Below the pieces are notes generated by a model that was not told the DNA's origin, ran no database searches, and worked only from the letters and a program-made list of their open reading frames with translations. DNA of 64,000 nucleotides, taken from positions 1,779 through 65,778 of IMG/VR virus record IMGVR_UViG_3300022217_000231. One strand, given 5' to 3'. Position numbers and translations under genes: made by a program. Source of the stretch: a virus. Positions 45,872-55,167 of the stretch are shown here, one piece after another (the stretch's first letter is position 1; each line of letters opens with the position of its first letter).

Positions 45872-46306
45872 TCATTTTCCTACAATTAATTTTTCAAACT
45901 TCTTAGTAAATTTTTTATTACGTTTCCAGAACATGAAATGATTGTCAATGTCCCACCAAAAATCATTTCTACAAGTAAGATTTAAAGTATTATTTCTTAT
46001 TCCTACCCAATATTCAAAATCACAATATTCCTTTAAATAATATTTAGATTGAGCTAAACCTTCCACCGCCTCTTTGACCTTTTTAATTTCTTCTTTTTTA
46101 CAGAAAATTGTAATTTTCTTATCAAAAATTTTACAATGATGAATGACGTATATATCGATATGTTGCCTTAACACTTTTAAAGAATTTGGTAATGCACCAA
46201 ATTCAAATTCTGCAGATCCCATATAATCGAATGATAATATAGAATCTATTCCATTTTTACATTCATTTACTGAAAATTTTGCTCTCTGTACACAATAAGG
46301 TTCCAT
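45872..46306 (-). CDS. Early-cassette hypothetical protein (FDYMGSAEFEFGALP motif)
   Basis: Motif-like segment recurrent among phage hypotheticals; first gene after promoter copy 4. Confidence 0.6.
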   Translation of the reverse strand: MEPYCVQRAKFSVNECKNGIDSILSFDYMGSAEFEFGALPNSLKVLRQHIDIYVIHHCKIFDKKITIFCKKEEIKKVKEAVEGLAQSKYYLKEYCDFEYWVGIRNNTLNLTCRNDFWWDIDNHFMFWKRNKKFTKKFEKLIVGK

Positions 46307-46337
46307 TTTTAATCTCCTTTATTTAATTTATAATATA

Positions 46338-46366
46338 ATTATATAATATCATAAAACTAAAGTCAA
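46338..46366 (-). promoter_or_regulatory. sigma70 early promoter module (copy 4)
   Basis: TTGACT-17-TATAAT. Confidence 0.8.
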
Positions 46367-46426
46367 GTAAATAATTAGTTTATAAATAATTATGACATAA
46401 TATTAACATTTAAATATATAGGAATT

Positions 46427-47239
46427 ATGAATAATAACTTATCAGGACTTAGTGCCATCCACATCGAACTCACTTCTCGTTGTAACAAAAACTGTCACAT
46501 GTGTGGTAGAAGAAAAGTAGAAAAAACTCTACCAGATTTAGCTGACTATTCTAGCGATATAACACTTAACCTTCTAAAAAAAATATCTAGGCAATTACCA
46601 CATAATATTTTAGTTATTCTACATTGGAACGGAGAGCCAACCTTGTATCCTAGACTAAGATCATCTTTAAGATTGTTCAATAATCAAATTACTACTTTTA
46701 ATACAAATGGAAAATTACTTTTAGCTAAATCGGATGACATTATAAATAATTTAGATACATTAGTACTTTCTACTTTTGAAGATGATCCTGAATGGGAAAG
46801 TCAATTCAAAGTATTTCAAAAGTTCTTATATAAAAAAGGTAATAAAAAGCCTAATACTATTATCAGATGTTTAGGAAATATATCTGAAGAAAGAATGGAG
46901 TTATATAAAAGTACTGGTTCTATTATAGCTAAACGTATATTACACTCTCCTATGGGAAGCTTTAAGTATACTAATGAACCAACTATTCCCGAAGCTGGTA
47001 TTTGTTTAGATTTTTTAAATAGAGTAGCTATTAATACAAAAGGTGAAGTATCACAATGTGTCAGATTCGATTCTAATAGAGCTGGTATTATAGGTGATAT
47101 TAATATACAATCTTTAAGTGAAATATGGAATGGAGAAATAAGAATGAATTATTTAGACAAACATATTAGAGGAAAGCGTAACGAAATTCCATTATGTAAA
47201 GAATGTGAGTTTTGGGGCGTTCCTAGAGGAGGAGATTAA
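46427..47239 (+). CDS. Radical SAM / SPASM-domain protein
   Basis: IELTSRCNKNCHMC; GEP.LY; TNG.LL; C-terminal C.....I...G.V..C...G....SL.EIW...C..C; late promoter at 46381. Confidence 0.88.
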   Translation: MNNNLSGLSAIHIELTSRCNKNCHMCGRRKVEKTLPDLADYSSDITLNLLKKISRQLPHNILVILHWNGEPTLYPRLRSSLRLFNNQITTFNTNGKLLLAKSDDIINNLDTLVLSTFEDDPEWESQFKVFQKFLYKKGNKKPNTIIRCLGNISEERMELYKSTGSIIAKRILHSPMGSFKYTNEPTIPEAGICLDFLNRVAINTKGEVSQCVRFDSNRAGIIGDINIQSLSEIWNGEIRMNYLDKHIRGKRNEIPLCKECEFWGVPRGGD

Positions 47240-47603
47240 AATGGATAAATTTACACCAAATACTTTTGTTAAGAAAGGATGGGGTAGTGAGCTTTGGATA
47301 GTTAACAATGAATTATATTGTGGAAAAGTTCTTTCTTTTAGTATAGGTAAAAAATGTTCATGGCATTATCATAAATTAAAGGATGAAACTTTCTATATTT
47401 CTCATGGTAGCTTTTCTATTAAATACTCATATGAAGATGATATAGAAAAAGCAGATAAGATTATATTAAGTATTGGACAAAAATTTCATGTTCCCGTTGG
47501 ATTAAGACATCAAATGAAAGCTTTAGATCCTAATTCAGAAATAATAGAATTTTCTACAAAACATCATGATTCAGATAGTTATAGAATAATAAAAGGAGAT
47601 TAA
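47205..47603 (+). CDS. Cupin-fold sugar isomerase-like protein
   Basis: V.KGWG.ELW......YCGK.L......SWHYH..KDETF. Confidence 0.8.
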   Translation: MSFGAFLEEEIKMDKFTPNTFVKKGWGSELWIVNNELYCGKVLSFSIGKKCSWHYHKLKDETFYISHGSFSIKYSYEDDIEKADKIILSIGQKFHVPVGLRHQMKALDPNSEIIEFSTKHHDSDSYRIIKGD

Positions 47604-47605
47604 TA

Positions 47606-48004
47606 ATGAAAGTATTTTTAGGTGGCACATGTAATGATAGTAAATGGAGAGAAAAATTAATTTCTAAATTAGAAATAGATTATTTTAATCCAGTAGTAGA
47701 CAATTGGACAGAAGAATGTCAGGCAGAAGAAATTAAACAAAGAGGAGAATGTGATTATTGTTTGTATGTTATTACTCCTAAAATGACAGGAGTGTATTCT
47801 ATCGCTGAAGTTATTGATGATAGTAATAAGAGACCTAATAAAACAATATTTTGTTTTCTAAACCAAGATGATGATTTGATTTTTGCTCCTAACCAAATCA
47901 AATCTTTAGAAAATATAGGTAAAATGGTACAAAGAAATGGAGGAATTTGGCTATCTAATTTAGAGTCAGTTGCTGTTAATTTGAATTTTAAGAAAGGGTT
48001 ATAG
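47606..48004 (+). CDS. Nucleoside 2-deoxyribosyltransferase-like protein
   Basis: KVFLGGTC..S.WR..L...L...YFNPVV..W; E..YSIAE..D.S...P. Confidence 0.8.
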   Translation: MKVFLGGTCNDSKWREKLISKLEIDYFNPVVDNWTEECQAEEIKQRGECDYCLYVITPKMTGVYSIAEVIDDSNKRPNKTIFCFLNQDDDLIFAPNQIKSLENIGKMVQRNGGIWLSNLESVAVNLNFKKGL

Positions 48005-48008
48005 ACTA

Positions 48009-48926
48009 ATGAAAGTATTAGTAACGGGAGGGTCAGGATTTTTAGGAAAAGCTTTACAAAAAATTAGGCCAGAGTGGATATATTTATCATCTAAAGATTG
48101 TGATCTTAGAGAAAAAAGTTGGGTATTTAGCACTTTATCTGAAATAGCTCCTGATGCAATCGTACATTTAGCAGGTAGAGTTGGTGGAATTAAAGAAAAT
48201 TCTAAAAACCAAGCTGACTTTTATTATGATAATATATCAGTGAATACTAATGTTATTCATTGTGCACATATAATGGGAATAAATAGAATATTATCTGCTT
48301 TAAGTACATGTGCTTTTCCTGATGTTGTTAATAAATATCCATTTACTGAAAAAGACATTTTAAATGGTCCTCCTGCTTTTACTAATTTATCTTATGGATT
48401 TACTAAGCGTAGTCTTTATGCAATGTCTAATGCGTATAGAAGACAATATGGTCGAAATTATTCTTGTTTTTGTCCTAGCAATATATATGGCCCAAATGAT
48501 AATTTTGATTTAGAAAGTAGTCACTTTGTTCCAGCAATGATTAGAAAATTTATAGAAGCTAAAGATGGAGATACTATAGAATTTTGGGGAACTGGGGAAC
48601 CTTTAAGACAACAATTATATGTTGAAGATTTAGCATTTTTTATACCAACTTTATTAAAGCATCATAATAGTAATATTCCAATGATTGTAGTTCCCGATGA
48701 AAATTTAAGCATACGAAAGATGGTAGAAATATGTAAAGATCTTATAGGAAAAAATGTTAAATATTTTTTTAATAACTCTTTAGATGGGCAATATAGAAAA
48801 GATGGAGATAATTCTATGTTTATGAATTTAATTCATGAGCATTTACATACTAGAGAATTATTGCCATTTAAAAAAGGGTTAGAAGAAACGATTAAATGGT
48901 ATAAGAAAAATGGACATATTAGATAA
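48009..48926 (+). CDS. fcl: GDP-L-fucose synthase
   Basis: VTGGSGFLG; HLAG.VGGI..N; STC.FP; YG..KR; P.N.YGP.DNF....SH..PA.I.K; WG.G...R. Confidence 0.92.
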   Translation: MKVLVTGGSGFLGKALQKIRPEWIYLSSKDCDLREKSWVFSTLSEIAPDAIVHLAGRVGGIKENSKNQADFYYDNISVNTNVIHCAHIMGINRILSALSTCAFPDVVNKYPFTEKDILNGPPAFTNLSYGFTKRSLYAMSNAYRRQYGRNYSCFCPSNIYGPNDNFDLESSHFVPAMIRKFIEAKDGDTIEFWGTGEPLRQQLYVEDLAFFIPTLLKHHNSNIPMIVVPDENLSIRKMVEICKDLIGKNVKYFFNNSLDGQYRKDGDNSMFMNLIHEHLHTRELLPFKKGLEETIKWYKKNGHIR

Positions 48927-49218
48927 AATAAATGATATTCTAATATTAGAAGAAAAATGTGAATATGTAGTATTAGTATATTTTGAAGGTAAAATAATAC
49001 ACGCTATAGGATATCATAATAAACCAAATAAGGAAACTTATAAGCAATTAAGACAAGAATTTAGAGAAGATAAATCACATGGGTTATATAACATAGTTGA
49101 ACATATAGGATTTATACCTTCCAATAAACTAATTCCTCCTTTAACTATAAAAGAAATATCTAATAAAATGGACGAAATTAATAAAGAATTAGAAAATATA
49201 GATAAGGAAAATAAATGA
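48910..49218 (+). CDS. Leader-family small protein (MDILDKINDILILEE)
   Basis: Same leader as 9329 and 12296, about 37 kb away. Confidence 0.55.
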   Translation: MDILDKINDILILEEKCEYVVLVYFEGKIIHAIGYHNKPNKETYKQLRQEFREDKSHGLYNIVEHIGFIPSNKLIPPLTIKEISNKMDEINKELENIDKENK

Positions 49219-49226
49219 GCAAAACT

Positions 49227-49622
49227 TTATTTATCTTTAAATTTTTGTCTATATTCTTCTAATATGGATTCAAAGTTTCCCACATAATACTCATTTCTAT
49301 CTTCACATGATTGTAGATGATAATCATATTGACCACATTTTTTACAAGGTATAAGACGATCATCAAATCTTGCTTTAAGCTGCCATAATATGCACCGTGG
49401 CTTACTTGTTATTAAATGACCTATAGCATATAATTTTACTCTTTCTACTTTAGGATATAATTCAAAAAGTTCTAAACATCTTTTAGAAAATAGTCTTAAT
49501 AATTGTTCTTTAGTAAAATGAATAGGCACTTCTAGATTTTCTCTTCGTTGATCAAATCTTATTTCATATGTGGCTAATTTTAACTTTTTCATATCATTTA
49601 ATATTGCATTAGGGCTACCCAT
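49227..49622 (-). CDS. Early-cassette hypothetical protein
   Basis: 131 aa, C..C near C-terminus. Confidence 0.5.
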   Translation of the reverse strand: MGSPNAILNDMKKLKLATYEIRFDQRRENLEVPIHFTKEQLLRLFSKRCLELFELYPKVERVKLYAIGHLITSKPRCILWQLKARFDDRLIPCKKCGQYDYHLQSCEDRNEYYVGNFESILEEYRQKFKDK

Positions 49623-49627
49623 AATAA

Positions 49628-50152
49628 TTATCCTTTTAATCTATTTATTTTTATTATCCATGATGCAACCTCTTTAGTATTTCCTTCTTCTTTCTTTATT
49701 TCTAGGAATTCTTTAATGTATCTTTTTATTGTATTAGAGTGTAAAAATTCATAAATAGCTTTTGCAAATGGAACCGGTTGAATTAATTCATCTTCGAGTA
49801 ACCATTTAGAATTAAAGCAACATCCATATTTTTCAATAAACATTTGCCAAAATAATTGTTTTTGTGCCCAAGTCTTTAATATCCCAAATCCTTCCCATTG
49901 CGTTAAATCTATGTCACTTCTATTTGGATAGATTTTAGGTTCTTTTCCATCAATGGCATCTTGAGTTATTTCTTTAAAATCTTTACATTTATTACATTTA
50001 AAAAATAGTGAGTATTCTCCCATTTCAGGAACTAATCCAGGTAAAGTGAAATCAGATGAATCATAATCAAATACCCATTTGTGCCAACATTCACCTAAAC
50101 ATTCTATTAAAAATTGTTGCTCTTTTTTTGTCAATTTTATTTTCATTTGCAA
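49628..50152 (-). CDS. Early-cassette hypothetical protein
   Basis: 174-aa ORF. Confidence 0.5.
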   Translation of the reverse strand: MQMKIKLTKKEQQFLIECLGECWHKWVFDYDSSDFTLPGLVPEMGEYSLFFKCNKCKDFKEITQDAIDGKEPKIYPNRSDIDLTQWEGFGILKTWAQKQLFWQMFIEKYGCCFNSKWLLEDELIQPVPFAKAIYEFLHSNTIKRYIKEFLEIKKEEGNTKEVASWIIKINRLKG

Positions 50153-50471
50153 TCTCTTTTTTTATTTTTATGATAGAGAGGGCAACCTGCACTACGTTTC
50201 AATTTAGGATTCGAACCCAAATCTCTCTATCTGCTAGCCTTTTTAAAAAATTTCCATTTATGTCTTGTCCAATCTACTTGTAATCCACAATTTCTACGAT
50301 GTAAATCATGCCACCATTCATGTGCGGCATTTCCTGTTAATTCTCTACTAATTCCATCATCAAATTCTAGCAACACTTTAACCATTTTATTTGGTTCTTT
50401 TTCAAAAATTTCTTCAACCCAATTACGTTGTTTAAATATTGAAATAAATTTATTATAAAAATAAGAAATCA

Positions 50472-50768
50472 TTATATTTTTCCTTTCGTTAATGACCACC
50501 ATTTAATTCCATCGAGATAATATTTATCGCTGCTGTTATCTACAACAATAGTTAAAGTTTTACTTCCTATTTTCTGCACTTTATGTTCATAATCCAAAAA
50601 TGCAGTTTCTCCCTTTATATCTTTTATATATCCTCTTACATATAAATTAGGAGTTATATCAAAAAGATCTTTATATGCTTTTATTTTTCTTTTAATCTCT
50701 TTGATGGTAGGTTCACCTTCAAATGTTAAATCAATTGGATTCATATTTATTTCTCCTTTTAATTGCAA
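50472..50768 (-). CDS. Early-cassette hypothetical protein
   Basis: 98-aa ORF; AGGAG upstream of internal ATG. Confidence 0.45.
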   Translation of the reverse strand: MQLKGEINMNPIDLTFEGEPTIKEIKRKIKAYKDLFDITPNLYVRGYIKDIKGETAFLDYEHKVQKIGSKTLTIVVDNSSDKYYLDGIKWWSLTKGKI

Positions 50769-50773
50769 TCTTT

Positions 50774-51364
50774 TTAAGTGTCAAAATTAGCAAAAGAATA
50801 AAAACTTTTTATCAAATCATTATCAAATAGAATGGCACAAATAATACCTGTTCTAAAATTTTCAGATTGAACTATAACATTTCCACTTGGTCCTATTCCA
50901 GGGCTATCAATTACACCTACTAACTCAAAACCATCGTAAATTGTTTCTGCTATATAAGGAGCAGATCCCCATAAATCCCAGGATTTATTTTTAAGAAAAA
51001 CAAACATATCATCAATAGAATAAAAATGTTCAATCTGCAATTTCATATTATTCAATTCTTCTAAGGTTTTATTATAAGGAGGATTTGAATAATCAATCAT
51101 CATATCACTTAAAAATTTTAATTGAATTTCAAAAAACTTTCTCAAATAATTAAAATTATAATTACATCCCAATATTTCTAATGTTTCTTGTTGATCTAAA
51201 TCCTTTCTTATTTCAAAAAATAATTCAAAAATAGCTAATGCAGAAGAATATTGGCAACTACCCCACTCATTTACATCGAAATTAAATTTAAAATCATTAG
51301 GCCATCCATATTCTTTTTCTAATTTAATTTTCCATTCATCTTTATTCATTATGTTCCCACCCAT
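50774..51364 (-). CDS. Early-cassette hypothetical protein
   Basis: 196-aa ORF. Confidence 0.5.
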   Translation of the reverse strand: MGGNIMNKDEWKIKLEKEYGWPNDFKFNFDVNEWGSCQYSSALAIFELFFEIRKDLDQQETLEILGCNYNFNYLRKFFEIQLKFLSDMMIDYSNPPYNKTLEELNNMKLQIEHFYSIDDMFVFLKNKSWDLWGSAPYIAETIYDGFELVGVIDSPGIGPSGNVIVQSENFRTGIICAILFDNDLIKSFYSFANFDT

Positions 51365-51497
51365 CAGCTTTTAACCGCTTGTCACTCTCGGTTGCTTTGT
51401 TCAGACTTAATACTTTAAATGTATATTTTTTTCTATATATAAATACCATACACTCCATTTTCAATCTCCTTTTAGCCTTTATTTAATTTATACTATA

Positions 51498-51526
51498 ATT
51501 ATATTATATCACAACCTAAATGTCAA
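51498..51526 (-). promoter_or_regulatory. sigma70 early promoter module (copy 5)
   Basis: Perfect TTGACA-17-TATAAT. Confidence 0.85.
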
Positions 51527-51581
51527 GTAAATAATTATTTTTACTATCATTATAAATAATTAAAAATTAAGGATAATAGAA

Positions 51582-52565
51582 ATGAATCAAAAAGTTGCAT
51601 TTATCACAGGGATCACTGGACAGGATGGTAGTCATTTAACTGATCTATTACTAGAAAAAAATTATAAAGTAATTGGTATGGTTAGGAGAAATTCTGTTCC
51701 TGAAAATCAAACATATAGAATAAATCATGTAATGAATAATTCTAATTTGATTTTAGAATATGGTGATTTGGAAGATATTACCTCTATTATACGTATTTTA
51801 AATACATATCAACCAAATGAAATATATCACTTAGGGGCACAATCGCATGTTGGTATATCATTCAAAACACCAATTTATACTAGCAATGTAGTAGCTATAG
51901 GAACCGTGAATTTATTAGAAGCTATTCGAATAGCCTGCCCAGATACTAAAATGTACAACGCTGGTTCCAGTGAAATGTTTGGGAATTCAATTGATTCTGA
52001 TGGATTTCAAAGAGAAACTACCCCAATGCACCCTGTTAGTCCATATGGTTGTGCTAAGACCTTTGCCTATAACATATGTAGAAACTATAGAAATAGCTAT
52101 GGTTTATTTATTTCTACAGGAATTTTATTTAATCACGAGGGAGTTAGGAGAGGAATTAATTTTGTAACAGGTAAAGTCGCTAGAGATGCTGTTAGAATTA
52201 AGAAAGGAATTATTGAAAGTCTTCCTATGGGTAATTTAAATGCTGCTAGAGATTGGAGTAGCTCTAAAGATTTCGTTAAAGTAATGTGGGAAATTTTACA
52301 GTTAAATGAAGCTGATGATTTTGTATGTGCATCAGGTATTTCACATACTGTTGAAGATTTATTAAAATATACATTTAATTTATTAGATTTAGATTATAAA
52401 GATTATGTTACTATAGAAGAAAAATATTTAAGACCCGAAGAATTAAATGTACTTAAAGGAGATTGTTCTAAACTTAAAAAAGCTATTCCTCATTGGAAGC
52501 CTGAATATACATTTGAATCTATGATGAAAGAAATGGTTAATCACTGGATGAAATATTATGAATAA
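51582..52565 (+). CDS. gmd: GDP-mannose 4,6-dehydratase
   Basis: AFITGITGQDGS.L..LLLEK.Y.V.G..RR; EIYHLGAQSHV..SF; P..P.SPY..AK; GILFNHE..RR...FVT; GNL.A.RDW; late promoter at 51551. Confidence 0.96.
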   Translation: MNQKVAFITGITGQDGSHLTDLLLEKNYKVIGMVRRNSVPENQTYRINHVMNNSNLILEYGDLEDITSIIRILNTYQPNEIYHLGAQSHVGISFKTPIYTSNVVAIGTVNLLEAIRIACPDTKMYNAGSSEMFGNSIDSDGFQRETTPMHPVSPYGCAKTFAYNICRNYRNSYGLFISTGILFNHEGVRRGINFVTGKVARDAVRIKKGIIESLPMGNLNAARDWSSSKDFVKVMWEILQLNEADDFVCASGISHTVEDLLKYTFNLLDLDYKDYVTIEEKYLRPEELNVLKGDCSKLKKAIPHWKPEYTFESMMKEMVNHWMKYYE

Positions 52566-52842
52566 TGAAAATACGATAGAAAATTTAGATACTCAAATTT
52601 TAGTTTTAGGTAGAACTCTAGAATTTTTATTAGAAGAAAGAAAAGGTATAATAATTGAAGAAAATAATTTATGGTATTTAATATATAAATATTTAGGAAA
52701 TATCTACATGAATAATATTACTAATAATAAAGAATTTGAAACTTTAATAAAATATTATGATGGAGAAATTCTTTGGGTAGATGAAAATATTATAGAAATG
52801 GCTAATATGAAGAAAGAAAAAATACTTAATACTTATCATTAA
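52558..52842 (+). CDS. Hypothetical protein
   Basis: Coupled to gmd. Confidence 0.45.
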   Translation: MNNENTIENLDTQILVLGRTLEFLLEERKGIIIEENNLWYLIYKYLGNIYMNNITNNKEFETLIKYYDGEILWVDENIIEMANMKKEKILNTYH

Positions 52843-52850
52843 GGAAAGAT

Positions 52851-53189
52851 ATGTTTAGATTAAATAGATTTAAAAGATTTTATAGATGGATTAAATATAA
52901 AATATATGAATTAAGATATGGATTTAATCCAAGTGATTGTTGGAGTTTAGATTATTCTTTATCTAAATGGTTGCATCCTAGATTAGTACATTTTAGAAAT
53001 AATTTATGTGGGCATCCTTCTAATATAACTTATGAAAAATGGGAAGAAATTTTAGATAAAATGATATTTGCTTTTAAAAATATTGCAGATGATGATCCTT
53101 GCTTATGGACTGCTAATAATCCTGACTTTAAAAAAGTTGAAGAGGGACTAGATTTATTTAGAGAGTATTTTCATGATTTATGGAATTAA
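52851..53189 (+). CDS. Conserved-looking phage hypothetical protein
   Basis: WSLD..L...L.PRL..F....GHP......WE.ILD.MI.AF...EGL.LF..YF..LW. Confidence 0.6.
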   Translation: MFRLNRFKRFYRWIKYKIYELRYGFNPSDCWSLDYSLSKWLHPRLVHFRNNLCGHPSNITYEKWEEILDKMIFAFKNIADDDPCLWTANNPDFKKVEEGLDLFREYFHDLWN

Positions 53190-53192
53190 TAA

Positions 53193-53807
53193 ATGAAAAA
53201 TCCATTTAATTTTTTTGAAGCTATATTTTTAATTAATCTTGATGATCGACCAGAAAAATGGGAAGATTCTCAAGTAGAATTAGAAAAAGTAGGAATTCTA
53301 GATAGAACAGAAAGATTTGCGGCATATAAAACTAATCCTGGGGCAATAGGATGTGCAAAATCTAATATAGAATGTATTAAAATAGCTAAAGAAAGAGGAT
53401 TAAATAATGTTTTAATTTTAGAAGATGATATTGAATTTGAAGATAATTGCATAGAAATTTTAGAAAAATCATTAGAGCAACTTTTTCAAATAGAAAAAGT
53501 TGGGATGTTTTACCTAGGAATTAATCCTCTCACTAATTTTCCCAAAGTTACTAAGAATTTAGCAAAAATTATAGCTGGTTATACTACTCATGCATATTGT
53601 GTATTTCCTAATATGTATGATATCATTATTAATGAAGGTAAACCTCCTATTGATGTCTATTATTCTCAACTACATAGACGACTTAATAATAGTTATTGTA
53701 CTTACCCTCTTATAGGTTCTCAAAGAAAATGTTGGTCAGATATAGAAAATGTTGAATGTGATAATGGTGCTCATATAAAAGAAAGATTTTATAAATATGT
53801 AAATTAA
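53193..53807 (+). CDS. GT25 family glycosyltransferase
   Basis: INLD.R.EKW; GC..S...C...A.......VLILEDD; TTHAY; P.DV. Confidence 0.88.
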   Translation: MKNPFNFFEAIFLINLDDRPEKWEDSQVELEKVGILDRTERFAAYKTNPGAIGCAKSNIECIKIAKERGLNNVLILEDDIEFEDNCIEILEKSLEQLFQIEKVGMFYLGINPLTNFPKVTKNLAKIIAGYTTHAYCVFPNMYDIIINEGKPPIDVYYSQLHRRLNNSYCTYPLIGSQRKCWSDIENVECDNGAHIKERFYKYVN

Positions 53808-54403
53808 CACCTACCAGTAATTTTCATAAATTCATTATACCATTCTATAAATTTATCACATGATTCATAAGTAAATAATCCGCGAGGATGAGTAAATGTT
53901 TTAATTTGATCTCCAAAAGTTCTATTAAAATCATTATATATTTCTACTGGGCACCCATCAATAGGATCGTATCCTCCTAAAGTACACCATCCAAATTCAC
54001 CACAATTATTAGCATATTCATCATCTATTACTTCTTTTCCACATATGAATTCTTCATTTTTATTAATATTTAATAATTTACATCCAGGATATTCTATTAT
54101 ATTTTTATCTGGATTTATCCATATAGCTTTATGTTGTCTTCCGCCAGTCGTAGCACCCTTCCACTCAGAATAAAATTTAGTAATAGCTTCTCCTATATTA
54201 TTAGCTAATACTATAATATATTGATCCTTTACTCCTATTAAATGACTTCTAATATTTTTAATTGTTATATCCTCTTCTTTTTGATAATATACATATAGTC
54301 CAATATTATCAACTTCCATTATTTTATAACATGAAAACCAATCACCTGCTCCACATATAGACATAAATCTTTCTAATAATGGAATTTTATATATTCTATC
54401 CAT
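53804..54403 (-). CDS. Hypothetical protein
   Basis: 199-aa ORF convergent with GT25. Confidence 0.5.
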   Translation of the reverse strand: MDRIYKIPLLERFMSICGAGDWFSCYKIMEVDNIGLYVYYQKEEDITIKNIRSHLIGVKDQYIIVLANNIGEAITKFYSEWKGATTGGRQHKAIWINPDKNIIEYPGCKLLNINKNEEFICGKEVIDDEYANNCGEFGWCTLGGYDPIDGCPVEIYNDFNRTFGDQIKTFTHPRGLFTYESCDKFIEWYNEFMKITGRC

Positions 54404-54409
54404 TTTTCC

Positions 54410-54617
54410 TCAAATAGTCTGGTTAACTATTAAACTAACTATACCTAAAATTAGATATCCCCATCTTAAAGCTGGTAGATACCCTACCATTTCTAATTTT
54501 ACTTTTTCTTGAAAAGTTCCCCACTTCATAATAGATATAATCCCTATTATTCCTAAAAGAAATACTCCAAATCCTAAAATCATTCCAAAAAATTGAAAGA
54601 GCTGCTATTGTATTCAT
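54410..54617 (-). pseudogene. Two-TM membrane protein broken by a 1-nt insertion in a T6 run (54587-54592)
   Basis: MNTIAALSIF continues in the shifted frame as GMILGFGVFLLGIIGIISIMKWG...WGYLILGIVSLIVNQTI*. Confidence 0.5.
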
Positions 54618-54629
54618 ATTACCTCCATA

Positions 54630-54851
54630 TCATTTTGTCAAATATATTCTTTTTGCATTTACTAAAATAATCGCTGCCGCTTGTCTACTTTTAATTGGTT
54701 GCATATCTTCAACATCATTTAAATATTTTATAGCCTCTTCAAAATGATATGTATCTGAAACACATTGAGATGTCATATTGTATATATATTCAAATGCTTC
54801 TTCTAAATTAATAGTTCCATCTTTTCTACGATATTTATCTAAATTTTTCAT
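54630..54851 (-). CDS. Hypothetical protein
   Basis: 73-aa ORF. Confidence 0.5.
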   Translation of the reverse strand: MKNLDKYRRKDGTINLEEAFEYIYNMTSQCVSDTYHFEEAIKYLNDVEDMQPIKSRQAAAIILVNAKRIYLTK

Positions 54852-55166
54852 TCACCATACATCCTTAACTTCTTCTATAGAATCTATTTCTATATCATCT
54901 GCACAACATATGTCAGGTATATCTACTCTTTTTTCAATAACATTATCTGCGACATCCCAGGCATCATTTTCATTATATGCATCTACATAAAAATAATGAT
55001 TATTCATAGTAATCACATTAACTTTATATTTAACTAATTCACCATTTAATCCAGCCTCTTCTCTTATTGCTTTTTCTTCTTCAATATTTCGAAGTCTTTT
55101 TAATTCTATAATTTGTTCACTATTGCCAAATTCTAATTTTTTACCACATAGAAGATTTTCAGGCAT
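54852..55166 (-). CDS. Hypothetical protein
   Basis: 104-aa ORF directly downstream of the radical SAM C-half. Confidence 0.5.
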   Translation of the reverse strand: MPENLLCGKKLEFGNSEQIIELKRLRNIEEEKAIREEAGLNGELVKYKVNVITMNNHYFYVDAYNENDAWDVADNVIEKRVDIPDICCADDIEIDSIEEVKDVW

Positions 55167-55167
55167 A

